A DNA stretch of 64,000 nt from Methanotrichaceae archaeon (lineage in GTDB: Archaea > Halobacteriota > Methanosarcinia > Methanotrichales > Methanotrichaceae): contig CAWJYS010000021.1 in NCBI GenBank assembly GCA_963847095.1, positions 123,590 through 187,589 of the forward strand. The letters are read 5' to 3'. Every line of letters begins with the position of its first letter. Position 1 is the first letter of the stretch. Under the pieces are notes generated by a model. It searched no databases. It saw only the letters and a program-made list of their open reading frames with translations, and was not told the DNA's origin. Shown here one piece after another: positions 1 through 10,037 of the stretch. The position numbers and the translations under genes were made by a program.

Positions 1-216
1 AATCGGCGTTCTCGGGCTCGTACTTAGCTTGTCCAAAGAGGTCGTTTCCTTCTTGATTCATGGCCATGATGACCTGATCATTCTCGATGCCGGTTATGGA
101 CCAGATGTACATTAAGTTCGGGACCGTTGTATTATTTTGGGAGATGTAAATATCTTGACCCAAGGATAAACTAGCAGTGAAAAGGAATATTAAGAGATAT
201 ATAATTCTCTTGTTCA
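1..216 (-). CDS. Partial CDS (N-terminal part) of a secreted protein, running off the window start
   Basis: Minus-strand frame reads MNKRIIYLLIFLFTASLSLGQD..., a signal-peptide-like N-terminus. The rc TTG start at 214-216 has GGAGG 7 nt upstream. Confidence 0.4.
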
Positions 217-369
217 AGCATATGCCTCCATTTTTTGCTGCTATGATCTTCTGCCCTTTCCCCCAGAATTAGCCTATATTTAAGCTATCTCTTTATAAGC
301 CTTTCATATAAGAGATGAAGGTTCCTGGATAACTTAGATAAGCTAGTTGAAACATCAAAGGAGATTGAA

Positions 370-624
370 ATGAATTCTCCCGAGTGCGACCTTAAGGGCC
401 ACGGGCCTTGCGGCGGCCCGATCTGCCAACGTGGCATGAGCCTCAATCACAGGTGCGATGCACATGTGAGGCTTCAGTCATACTGGACCGAGCGTAACCC
501 AGGCAAGAAGCTCATCGATTGGCTCGATGGACTTCTCAATGTGGAACGTGAGGATGTATTGAGGAAAGCTTCGCCCAGAGGCAAGTACTGGCAGGAGGTC
601 AGTGTAGGATCAGCTGAAGAGTAG
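370..624 (+). CDS. Small Cys/His-rich hypothetical protein (84 aa)
   Basis: ORF with a CDLKGHGPCGGPICQRG...HRCDAH cluster. No recognisable family. Confidence 0.3.
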   Translation: MNSPECDLKGHGPCGGPICQRGMSLNHRCDAHVRLQSYWTERNPGKKLIDWLDGLLNVEREDVLRKASPRGKYWQEVSVGSAEE

Positions 625-891
625 AATGATAAGGCCAACTAGGCCAACTACCTGAGCAGTAGCATACTCGTAGTATACTCATACTACAGCTATGAGTTTT
701 GACTGACCTTCAAAGGTTTAATCGGGAAGCATAAAAGGACCGGCGACTTCGTAGTACAAGAAGTAATCTTGTGATATTCAGCATAACTCACTGAGGCCCT
801 TTTTTGAATAAAGCTTTTCCCTCGCCAGATTTTATCTTTATAGAGGTGTGCGATCTCTTGTGTTTTTAAATACCAGTCATTCGTGTCATTC

Positions 892-1624
892 TCATTCTAA
901 ATGCCTGACCGGCCCGTGCCCCGGGTAAATCGTCTTAACATTCAAGGCTCGTATTTTCTGCCAGCTCAGTTCGACCTGGTGCATTGAATCTTCTGCCCAT
1001 GTTGAACCAGGTAAGTCACCTGTAAAAGCTATTCCCTCATCCAGGATCAAGCTAATACTGTCATCTGAATGCCCCGGTGTGTGGATGATTTCACCCTCTA
1101 TGTCTAGACGCAACAGGAACGCTCGGCTGTCTTTGAAGCTGAGATTGAGATTGTCATCAAGAGTAATCTCAAGGAAAGGATTACTTGGTTTCATATACGT
1201 GCGCAACTTTGGAATAAAGGACAGCTGGTTTTCTAAGACAACAAGCTGAATGCCTTTCTGACTTAACTTCCTGTGCCAGGCCAGCATGGTCTGGATGATA
1301 ATGCGTTACCAGCAAATACTTGACGTCCTGCAGCGGGACGCGCTTTCTCTTGAATATATTAAGCAGCTTGGGCAATGTGCCAGGCCATCCAACGTCGATT
1401 AAGAGTCGGGTGGTGTCCTGGCCGATCAGGTAGTAATTCGTTGAGTCGTATCCGACGTTTAGGATATTCATCTTATGGTGCTGGGTAGGATCGATAGTTG
1501 CCACGGGTTCTCCTTTTTCTACCATTATCCTCGTCTCATCGGAGGATACTTCTATATTATAATGTTTCGTGGGACTGGAGAACCAAGTCAAGGGTAATGT
1601 ACCGAATTTCCTGTAAATTGACAA
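892..1624 (-). pseudogene. Metallo-beta-lactamase-fold hydrolase split by a frameshift into two overlapping ORFs (1181-1624 and 892-1287)
   Basis: The N-terminal ORF carries the HYHPDHAG (HxHxDH) motif. The C-terminal ORF carries HTPGHSDDS and PGHGP MBL motifs. The frame changes near 1255-1290. Confidence 0.6.
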
Positions 1625-1801
1625 TAATGAGAAAGGCCCTGTATCCTACCTGGCTTGGGAAACCGGTAGGATAACAGGACTTTCGATTATTGCCAATTTA
1701 CAGAAAATTCGTTACACTGCCCCATGATACGATCGCGAAAAGTAAAACTTTAAATATAAATAGAGTATTCTTGTCCAAAACCTAAACCTTGAGGATTAAA
1801 C

Positions 1802-2908
1802 ATGCCTGTCCGAATAGCCACCTTTAATGTGGAAAACTTGTTCCGACGCCCTAAAGCCATGAATTTTTCCTCATGGTCAGATGGGCAGCCAATCTTAGAT
1901 TCCTATAATAAACTAAATAGCCTGCTGAATAAGGAAACCTACACTGAAGAAGATAAACAAACCATCTTGACTCTCCTAAAAGAAAATGACCTGCTGGCAA
2001 CTAGGCCCAAGAGCCCTTACCTTGAGCTTAGAAAGATTAGGGGACGCCTTTTCCAGATGCATGAGAATAAGCCGCCAGAGATTGTGGCCAACGGTAAAGG
2101 CGATTGGGTCGGGTGGATAGAACTCAAGAAGGAAGCTATTGCAGATCAAGCGATCGAGAATACAGCCAGGGTTATAGCTGAGGTCAATCCCGATATTCTT
2201 GTATTGGTAGAGGTCGAGAACCGATCTACTCTACAACACTTCTATGATCAGGTGCTGGTCCCAAGGTTGGAAACAGACGGTCATGAAAAGTATGCCTATA
2301 ATATGGTCATAGATGGAAACGACACTCGCGATATTGACGTAGGCATCTTAAGCCGCTTCCCGATCGCCCGCATGCGTTCGCATATTACAGATGAAGAAAG
2401 CGGCAAACCGGTATTTAGCCGCGACTGCCCAGAGTATTTCATCTCGCTCGAAGGAGGCAACGAATTGATTGTACTGCCTAACCACTTCTCCAGCAAAGGC
2501 AGCGATTTAGCAGGTAAGCGCCGAAAAGTTCAGGCAAAGAAGGTTAAGGAGATCTACGAAAGGCTCAAGGCAGACCATGAGCATATTGTAATTGCTGGGG
2601 ATATGAACGATCACCCCAATGGAGGCTCGTTAGATATGCTGCTTACAGGCAGCGATCTTAAGGATGCAATGTCTCTGCCTGCGTACGAAGGCTTTCCTGG
2701 AACATATAAACATGCTAATGCCAAAGAAAAGCTGGATTATCTATTGCTTTCGCCCGTCTTGGTTCAGGCTGTCGTTGGTGTGGATGTAAATCGCAGGGGC
2801 TTCTATGCGCCTACGAAATGGAAGTCATTCGAGAATATCACCAAGGAGACTAAGGATCGCTTCCAGGCATCAGATCACCACTGCCTCTGGGCCGACATAG
2901 AGCTTTAG
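1802..2908 (+). CDS. Endonuclease/exonuclease/phosphatase (EEP) family protein
   Basis: Motifs IATFNVENL, LVLVEVEN, GDMNDHPN and C-terminal SDHHCLWADIEL are typical of the DNase I-like EEP fold. Confidence 0.75.
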   Translation: MPVRIATFNVENLFRRPKAMNFSSWSDGQPILDSYNKLNSLLNKETYTEEDKQTILTLLKENDLLATRPKSPYLELRKIRGRLFQMHENKPPEIVANGKGDWVGWIELKKEAIADQAIENTARVIAEVNPDILVLVEVENRSTLQHFYDQVLVPRLETDGHEKYAYNMVIDGNDTRDIDVGILSRFPIARMRSHITDEESGKPVFSRDCPEYFISLEGGNELIVLPNHFSSKGSDLAGKRRKVQAKKVKEIYERLKADHEHIVIAGDMNDHPNGGSLDMLLTGSDLKDAMSLPAYEGFPGTYKHANAKEKLDYLLLSPVLVQAVVGVDVNRRGFYAPTKWKSFENITKETKDRFQASDHHCLWADIEL

Positions 2909-3382
2909 CATAGTAGTCTTTGCTGCATAACTGCATAAACCTGGATACAGGAAAAAGCTGTTATCCTCGTCGTTCTTGTCATCCGATGAACCCTTGTAGG
3001 CTCTTAATGACGGAGATGACAGGGATGACGATGTTTTTTCTATAATGGCCTCATGATAGAGTCAGATCCACCCAACGCCTTTTCAATATCTACTGCATAA
3101 TCTTTATTTTTAATGAATACCACGCAGCTTGCAGCGGGGTGCGCCGTCGCCAGTTTGACTTCCATCAAGCCGATACCGATCGTAACCATCAAGGATTAAC
3201 TTAAAGAAGAAGTAATGCAGAAAACCCGCTTATGCGCTGTGCCTGACTGGAGTGTGGGGCTAATTGAGCCTGTACCTATTCTTATACCTATTATGCCTCA
3301 ACAAGGACAGGGTATATAGAGAAAATCTGGCGAAAGCAATGCCTCTCGTCTGCAATAAATTGAGGAGGTTACCCCTACTACC

Positions 3383-4687
3383 ATGATGCATGCCACCCTC
3401 GACGATTGGATTCGACATGAAGCGATTCCTTTCTCCGTCGATTCGTCCGAAACCTTCAACGCCGCCGTCGACAAGATGATCGCCTCACTTGGTGACTCGG
3501 TGGAGTTGCTTGGCTTTGGAGAAGCACTCCACGGCGGCGAGGACATTCTTATACTCCGCAACCGGCTCTTCCAGCGCCTGGTGGAGGCGCATGGCTACAG
3601 CGCCATTGCCATCGAGAGCAGTTTCCCTCGGGCGCGCGTAGTGAACGAGTACATTGCCGGTCGCGGCCCGGCATCGTATGACGCTCTGCAGGACACTGGA
3701 TTTAGCCACGGCTTTGGCCGGCTCGACGCGAATCGAGAACTCGTAGAGTGGATGAGGGAGTTCAATGCCGATCCAACGCATCGCGTCAAACTCCAGTTCT
3801 ACGGCTTCGATAGTCCGACTGAAATGATTGGCACCGATAGCCCAAGGCAGGTCCTCCATTTTGTTCTCGATTACCTCACCTCGATTGACAGTGCTAGCGG
3901 GGAGGAGCATTGCCAGCGTATCGACCAGCTTCTTGGCCAGGACTCTGATTGGGAGAACCCCGCTGCAGCGATGGACCCAACTAAGTCGATAGGCCAGTCA
4001 CCGGCCGCAACTGCGCTCCGGATTGAGACTGAGGATCTCATTGCAGAACTGGGCGCACGCCGCCCTGAACTGGTGGCCAAAAGCGACGAGAACCGCTATT
4101 TGGAAGCCGTGCAGTACGCAACGGTCGCACGGCAGTTGCTGAACTATCATGCCGCGCTGGCGCTAAAGTTGGACGATGACGCGAAACGGATCGTCAGACT
4201 TCTCGGTATGCGCGATGCGTTGATGGCAGATAATCTGGCGTATATGGTGGCCCGTGAGCGTGGCCGAGGGAAAGTGCTGGCCTTCGCTCACAACAGCCAC
4301 CTTCAGCTTGGGAAGGCACAATGGCAACTTGGCACTTACGTATTAACATGGTGGCCTGCTGGAGCGCAGCTCCAGGAGATGCTCGGCTCACGTTATGCCG
4401 TCATCGGAACGGCCGTGGGCGTTTCTGATGCCAATGGCATCGGCCAGCCAAAAGACGGCACTCTAGAGGCGCGGCTGACTGCCGGCCCAGGGCCCACGCG
4501 GTTCATTCCAACTCACAAAGGCCAAGGGCTTCCAACCTCGGCAATCGCAGCTCTTCCGACTCGCTCGGGCAGTATGAAGAACCCGACCTACTTCGCACTA
4601 ACTCCTCAAAGCTTCACCGATTTCGACTGGCTGGCTGTCCTAGATTCAACGGCATACAACCGCGGTGGGCCGCCGCTGCAACAATAG
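3383..4687 (+). CDS. Erythromycin-esterase-family (Ere-like) protein
   Basis: N-terminal LLGFGEALHGGEDIL...AIAIESSF resembles the LGEATHGT..FAIE core of erythromycin esterases. The gene is GC-rich relative to its flanks. Confidence 0.7.
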   Translation: MMHATLDDWIRHEAIPFSVDSSETFNAAVDKMIASLGDSVELLGFGEALHGGEDILILRNRLFQRLVEAHGYSAIAIESSFPRARVVNEYIAGRGPASYDALQDTGFSHGFGRLDANRELVEWMREFNADPTHRVKLQFYGFDSPTEMIGTDSPRQVLHFVLDYLTSIDSASGEEHCQRIDQLLGQDSDWENPAAAMDPTKSIGQSPAATALRIETEDLIAELGARRPELVAKSDENRYLEAVQYATVARQLLNYHAALALKLDDDAKRIVRLLGMRDALMADNLAYMVARERGRGKVLAFAHNSHLQLGKAQWQLGTYVLTWWPAGAQLQEMLGSRYAVIGTAVGVSDANGIGQPKDGTLEARLTAGPGPTRFIPTHKGQGLPTSAIAALPTRSGSMKNPTYFALTPQSFTDFDWLAVLDSTAYNRGGPPLQQ

Positions 4688-4789
4688 GACGCTAACCCCA
4701 AGCAGTGACTTCCTCCCCACCCTACCCCACCCTAAAGGGTCGGGCTTCCTGATTCATAGAGATGGCTCCTTTGGTTATCCACAAAAGCC

Positions 4790-4832
4790 TTTTGTAGTTT
4801 TTCTCTGTGTCTCTGTGCCTCTGTGGTGAGTT
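4790..4832. repeat. Copy of the dispersed CTCTGTGCCTCTGTGGTG repeat element
   Basis: ctctgtgtctctgtgcctctgtggtgag is identical to 36131-36155. Confidence 0.6.
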
Positions 4833-5036
4833 TAGTTTTGTTTAGTAGATGAAGCGGTGATTTCGAAGATCAGCGTGCCGAACTGTCCTCCTGCATGATG
4901 ACGAAGACATTGCCCTCTGTATCCTGGTAGTTTGCAAATTCCCATTTTTGTATCTTCCATCCAAATACTTCAGAATTCATTTCCTTTTTTGGAATTAAAG
5001 TTAACTTGGGTAGTCTACCTAATTAAATATCTTGCT

Positions 5037-5648
5037 TCATACTCCCGACATTCTCCTAAAAAAGAGCGCCAATAATAACATCGACCCTGTAGCGGTAACG
5101 ATCCACGGCAAACCGAGAAGCAGTAAAGTCGTGGAAAAATCCGGATAAAAATATACAAAGGCAATCAGGGGAGTAATTAAGCCATTAGCCAGGAAAAACC
5201 ATCTGAGCCACTTCTGCAGCCCCTGTTTCGCAAACACTGGGACTGCAAATAAAGTCGCCAAACCCAATGCTACGTATCCCAACGCATCAACAGTCCAGAA
5301 AAGAGAGTGAGGTGTTTGTACAAGAACTGGGTTCGGGGCATCATAAGGAATCACAGCTGCTAATTGAACAACGTAATTCAAAGTGACGTATGTGGCATAC
5401 ATTACGGCAAAGAGAACAGCCGCATGGCTCCAAAACCTCTTCTCGTCTGGTGTCACATAGTGAAGTGCAAGCAACGCGAGCATAAATGGCGTTGCAATAA
5501 AAAGTGAAAATCCATAGATAAGAATCTCATCCCATGGATACCTAACAAGGCCAATAATTTGCAGAATTTGAGCAATAGAGAATCCGGATGCTGCAACAAA
5601 TGCAACAAGCGCTGACCAGAAACCGACTCTATATAATGTTTTGTCCAT
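5037..5648 (-). CDS. Polytopic membrane protein, function unknown
   Basis: 203 aa with about six hydrophobic segments. Confidence 0.55.
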   Translation of the reverse strand: MDKTLYRVGFWSALVAFVAASGFSIAQILQIIGLVRYPWDEILIYGFSLFIATPFMLALLALHYVTPDEKRFWSHAAVLFAVMYATYVTLNYVVQLAAVIPYDAPNPVLVQTPHSLFWTVDALGYVALGLATLFAVPVFAKQGLQKWLRWFFLANGLITPLIAFVYFYPDFSTTLLLLGLPWIVTATGSMLLLALFFRRMSGV

Positions 5649-5765
5649 CTAAATAGCCTCGCTTTTCCATTCTCAAATTCTTTTTAAGTTCATCCTCTAT
5701 AGTCTAACCCTTTTTATAAAGGGGCAGATCCTTTGCAATCACTTACAAAAAATTAGAAATATCAG

Positions 5766-7205
5766 TTATACAAAAGTCCGGATCTCATGCCCATTCTTAT
5801 CCCCTCTTCCAATTCCCTTATATACGAAACCCATATCAATAAATTTATCAGGTTCCACCACATTTCGGCCGTCCACGATGATAGGATTCTTCTGGCCGGT
5901 CAGCCTTTTTATCCAGGCTGGATCGAGCTTGAAATAATCAGAGTGAGCGGTCATTATCGAAACACTATCAGCCCCCCTCACAACCTCCTCTAAATCCCTG
6001 TCAAGTTCCACACCAGGATAACTCAGCACATGCGGATCATGTACGGCGACTTCAGCCCCTGCTTCATGCAAAAGATCTCTGTACAGCTCTGAGGGAGGAT
6101 TTCGTGCATCATCTGAATCGTTGATGAAAGCCCACCCGAGGATTGCGATCTTGGATCCTTCCGGCCTTTTGCCGATGCGTTCAAGCGCACTCACCGTCAG
6201 GTGATACATGTGCTTTGGCATGAAATCGTTCACCTTTCTGGCGAGAACATAGATCGAATCCGCTCCATCCGGATAATCCAGATCGCCACCTCGGATCTTC
6301 ACGCCGCGTTCCAGATGGTATGTGTCCTTTGTTAGACAATGCCCACCAACGCCAGCTCCCGGCCACAAAACGGCTCGTGTTATTCCTTCCCCTTTCAGGC
6401 TGTCAATGCCTGCTCTTACATCGTAGACATTGATGCCCATGGCCTCACAATACAGCGCCAGCTGATTCACGGCCGCAATCTGAAGGTCTCTGAATGTGTT
6501 CTCGGCGGTTTTGGTGACCTCTGCAGCGGTTGCCGTCATCTTGATGATCTTTCCTTTTGTCAGAACTGGGGAGTAAAGTTCAACCGCTCGCTCTGTGCTG
6601 GCGTCGTCGATGCCTCCGACAATCCGGTCATGTTCCCGAATGTTCTTGAGAAGACGCCCCACCATAACCCTTTCCGGCGCATGCGCAAGTGCAAAATCTT
6701 CCCCTGCAATGAGTCCCGACTCCTCCTCGAGGATCTGTCGCGCCATGCCATCAGTGGTTCCTGGTGTGATGGTTGACTCCAGCACTACTAACATTCCTGG
6801 CCGTAAATATTTTCCAGCATTACGGATGCCGGCATTCAGTGCACTGAAATCAGGCTCGAGGTCCTTTGGGCTGGCAAAGGGCGTCTGAATGGCCAATGTC
6901 ACCGCATCCATCTCTGAGATCCTGGAAAAGTCAGATGTACACTCAAACTTCTCAGCATTTACAACCTTCTTAAGCAGCTCTTCAAGTCCCGGCTCATTGC
7001 CTTTCAAGGGGCTTTCTCCTCTATTTAGCATATCAATCTTGTATCCTGATGTACTGGACGCTCGTTGAAACCCCAAAACAAGGTCGAATTCGTCAGCATC
7101 TGCAAACAGGACTGCGGCAGGAATTCCTACATATCCCATGCCCATTACGCCGATCTTCTTAATTGGCCCTCTCTTCGATAATAACGATTGTAGTTTGCCG
7201 GTCAT
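5766..7205 (-). CDS. Nucleotide-sugar dehydrogenase (UDP-glucose/GDP-mannose dehydrogenase family)
   Basis: N-terminal IGVMGMGYVGIPAAV Rossmann motif and catalytic-Cys motif GAGVGGHCLTKD. Confidence 0.85.
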   Translation of the reverse strand: MTGKLQSLLSKRGPIKKIGVMGMGYVGIPAAVLFADADEFDLVLGFQRASSTSGYKIDMLNRGESPLKGNEPGLEELLKKVVNAEKFECTSDFSRISEMDAVTLAIQTPFASPKDLEPDFSALNAGIRNAGKYLRPGMLVVLESTITPGTTDGMARQILEEESGLIAGEDFALAHAPERVMVGRLLKNIREHDRIVGGIDDASTERAVELYSPVLTKGKIIKMTATAAEVTKTAENTFRDLQIAAVNQLALYCEAMGINVYDVRAGIDSLKGEGITRAVLWPGAGVGGHCLTKDTYHLERGVKIRGGDLDYPDGADSIYVLARKVNDFMPKHMYHLTVSALERIGKRPEGSKIAILGWAFINDSDDARNPPSELYRDLLHEAGAEVAVHDPHVLSYPGVELDRDLEEVVRGADSVSIMTAHSDYFKLDPAWIKRLTGQKNPIIVDGRNVVEPDKFIDMGFVYKGIGRGDKNGHEIRTFV

Positions 7206-7378
7206 GATATCATACCTTAGCTTGAAGTCACTCGTAAACTTTTCGCAAGATTAGCTGCGCACTCCATCAATCCTTCACAATATATTCACACAAAGAATTT
7301 AAAATTGACCCTTGATCCGTATCCATTCACATGGAAAACTCAGAAGCATACTGATTTCTCTTTGAGCTTTCAGGCGGC

Positions 7379-7821
7379 CTATTGGATGCATCGGCTCACC
7401 TGCAATGCATCCAGGATCCTGGTTAAAGCTGCAAGCCTACCTTCAAGCTCGTCGGTATTCTCCCATCCCGGGCGCAGACCTTCCGACCATTCGCCATAGC
7501 GATGCATCCTTACCAACAGACCATTCTCATAGAGAATCAACCTGTACTCGCTGAAAAAGCCCAAATCCTTCTCGAGCTGTACTCTCTCTTCGTTGGTCAG
7601 AATGACAATCTCACGGCGGTAGCATTGCTCATAGTCGATACTTAGCATAGGCACCAGGGCGTAACCTTCTCCAGGATCGCTTTCAGGACAGCCGCCTCTC
7701 TATCCAGGGTTTCCTTTTGTAGAGTGGCAATCTTGGCTGCCAGGGGCGGAAGCTCATCCAGTGCCGTGTTCAGTCCTGATAACATGCCTGAAGAGATCGC
7801 TGGATTGGTCACTATCAGCAT
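7379..7821 (-). pseudogene. Decayed copy of the multi-copy unknown gene family (full copy at 15732-16352), with a frameshift and an internal deletion
   Basis: DNA homology to 15732-16300. The N-terminal part reads MLIVTNPAISSGMLSGLNTALDEL...VTPWCLC*, then the frame shifts to MPMLSIDYEQCYRREIVILT...LEGRLAALTRILDALQ. About 40 codons are missing relative to the full copy. Confidence 0.5.
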
Positions 7822-7920
7822 GACGTTTTCAGTTTAGAGATAACTTTATCTGATCTCCATTATAATGATACCAAAGACTTATTAGCTACTAATGCACATA
7901 TTTGTAAAGGTGATATATTT

Positions 7921-8163
7921 ATGGTAGAGTTATCTCCGGATGATATAGATAAGATAGCAAACAAGGTCTTTGCAAAAATCGCTGAATCTATGATAAGAAA
8001 AGAGACTGGCGAGCCAACTCCAACCCCGACGCCAACTTGCCCAGAAGGTATGAAATTTGGATGCCCGAATAATGATGCTTTCGGATGTGATATAGGAGTG
8101 TTTGTGTGCACAGGTAAGGGATTCAAATGCCACCCCAAATATGTGGGATTTGAAAGGATATGA
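7921..8163 (+). CDS. Candidate RiPP precursor peptide (leader, PTPTPTPT linker, 5-Cys core)
   Basis: 80 aa reading MVELSPDDIDKIANKVFAKIAESMIRKETGEPTPTPTPTCPEGMKFGCPNNDAFGCDIGVFVCTGKGFKCHPKYVGFERI. There is no signal peptide, and it sits 81 nt upstream of an rSAM/SPASM gene. Confidence 0.45.
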   Translation: MVELSPDDIDKIANKVFAKIAESMIRKETGEPTPTPTPTCPEGMKFGCPNNDAFGCDIGVFVCTGKGFKCHPKYVGFERI

Positions 8164-8243
8164 AATCCAATATTTATAAGTTGGGCGGAGGCAAAATCCA
8201 GCATTAACTCAAACGCAGATTCATATTCTGATGGTAAGGCATC

Positions 8244-9422
8244 ATGCAAAGAGATATAATAAATGGGATTAGCAGTACTTTATTAGATCCTGATAACTTA
8301 ACCTCTTTCTGCATGAGCTTAAAAGAAGAGTTCAATTATACTCCGGAAGATTGCAGATCCTTCATTTATCAAGTAACTAAACAAATAAATGCAAAGCTAT
8401 TCCCCCCGATTACTGCATTAGAGCTGATAGTAACAGAAGACTGTAACCTAAGATGCGCATATTGCTTTGAGAAAGGTATGATTGGACGCGAGAAGATGTC
8501 TCTCAAAGTAGCTCAGGCAGCGATTGATCTTCTATTTGATTATTCTCAGGAGGAGAAAGACCTTTATATAACCTATTTCGGTGGAGAACCGCTTCTAAAC
8601 TTTCCTTTAATAAAATCTATTACTGAATATGTAGTGAAAAAGGAAGAATTCTCAGGGAAGAAAGTAGAATTCAGCATGACCAGTAATGGGGTTCTCCTCA
8701 ATGAATCAATGGCAGAATACCTTGCAATGCATAAGATAAATGTACTCTTAAGTATCGATGGATCTAAATTATCACATGATCTCTGCAGAGTAGATAAAAA
8801 AGGGCGCGGTACTTTTGAAAGATCAATAAAAGGATTGAAGATACTTAAGAAGTTTCAGCCGTGGATAGGAACAAGAATGACCGTTGTACCTGGTAATGTG
8901 CAAAGATTATACGAAGATGTAGTGGAGCTTCACGATCTAGGCATAAACCAATTTATCATTTGCCATGCCACGGGAATAGAATGGTCTAAAGAGGATATCG
9001 AGTCCTTTAGTTTGCAGATGAGAAAAATAGCGCATTGGTATAGGGAGAAATCCAGCAAAAATCTAAGGATATCTGTGCTAGATGAAGAAGATAGTGGATC
9101 AAGTTTTTTTGGCTGTCACGCTGCCAGAAATAGCATTTCCGTATCTGCAAACGGAGAGATATCTCCCTGTTCGAAGATTCTATCTTTGAATAATAAACGA
9201 TTGATATATAAGTTGGGCGATGTTGAATACGGCCTGATTAATGTTCTCAACAGGGCAGAGTTAATAAGTTGCTCAAAGCTTCGATCTGCTTGTAATGCGC
9301 TTCAGATAGCTGAAAGTTTCAGAGGAGGCTGCTTTGCAGCTAATTATGAGGATAATGGCGACATATTCCAGCCAAGTATTCAGGACCATGTATTCTCATT
9401 ACAATATCGATCTCTGTCATGA
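8244..9422 (+). CDS. Radical SAM enzyme with a C-terminal SPASM-type auxiliary-cluster domain (peptide-modifying maturase family)
   Basis: CNLRCAYC (CxxxCxxC) radical-SAM motif, followed by C-terminal Cys-rich CSKILS...CSKLRSACNALQ...GGCFAA. Confidence 0.85.
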   Translation: MQRDIINGISSTLLDPDNLTSFCMSLKEEFNYTPEDCRSFIYQVTKQINAKLFPPITALELIVTEDCNLRCAYCFEKGMIGREKMSLKVAQAAIDLLFDYSQEEKDLYITYFGGEPLLNFPLIKSITEYVVKKEEFSGKKVEFSMTSNGVLLNESMAEYLAMHKINVLLSIDGSKLSHDLCRVDKKGRGTFERSIKGLKILKKFQPWIGTRMTVVPGNVQRLYEDVVELHDLGINQFIICHATGIEWSKEDIESFSLQMRKIAHWYREKSSKNLRISVLDEEDSGSSFFGCHAARNSISVSANGEISPCSKILSLNNKRLIYKLGDVEYGLINVLNRAELISCSKLRSACNALQIAESFRGGCFAANYEDNGDIFQPSIQDHVFSLQYRSLS

Positions 9423-9454
9423 AGATCATTGCTAACGGTGACTATTCTGGTCAA

Positions 9455-9590
9455 TCCTCAAGGTATATTCCTCCTTTAGCTGGCTATAGCCATATAATCC
9501 AAAATAGCGCAAAGTAATTCACAGCAGAACTTGCCATCATCTTAAGAAGAGATTAAGGTAAAAGTTATTTGTGGAAGTTCCGGTAACTCA
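9455..9590. repeat. Copy 1 of a 135-bp direct repeat (promoter/leader-like)
   Basis: About 80% identical to 9893-10030. Shared core: ggctatagccatataa.ccaaaatagcgcaaagta. Confidence 0.6.
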
Positions 9591-9665
9591 GAACCTTAAG
9601 TAGAACTTTATCAGCCTTGATTAGCTACCAAATGAATTAATACTAGTAGTGTATTTAGCGGTTTT

Positions 9666-9776
9666 ATGGCAAACACACAAACAGATAAGAAGGTCGGTAA
9701 AGGAGAAGAAGAATCTAAAAAGGCCGGAAAAAATACAGGAGATACAACAGAAAAAGTAGTGGTGGTCAAAAGATAA
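9666..9776 (+). CDS. Small Lys-rich ORF (36 aa) downstream of repeat copy 1
   Basis: Reads MANTQTDKKVGKGEEESKKAGKNTGDTTEKVVVVKR. The only support is its position after a repeated upstream module. Confidence 0.2.
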   Translation: MANTQTDKKVGKGEEESKKAGKNTGDTTEKVVVVKR

Positions 9777-9892
9777 TCAGAATTCTTTCCGTTTTTTATA
9801 TTTTAGGACTTACGATTCGCAGAAAACTTCTTATAAATTTCTAATTTGACCTTTACGGCATGGATTTCCTGCTCGGATGGATGATTAGACAT

Positions 9893-10030
9893 GCCTTAAG
9901 GTATATTCACTCCATTAGGCGGCTATAGCCATATAAGCCAAAATAGCGCAAAGTATTTCATAGCTAAGCTTACCACCTTTTCAAAAAGAGATTAAAGCAA
10001 AGATAGTTAGCGGAAGTTCTGGAAATGAAG
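9893..10030. repeat. Copy 2 of the 135-bp direct repeat, immediately upstream of CDS 10038
   Basis: See copy 1. Confidence 0.6.
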
Positions 10031-10037
10031 GGATGAA

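Noticed and set aside
3298-4391. Antisense ORFs within the Ere-like gene
   Set aside because: They are shadow ORFs in a GC-rich gene. The sense frame has clear family motifs.
7860-8249. 129-aa minus-strand ORF overlapping the precursor peptide gene
   Set aside because: It is entirely antisense to the Cys-rich ORF and low-complexity, with no RBS. It is most likely a shadow ORF.
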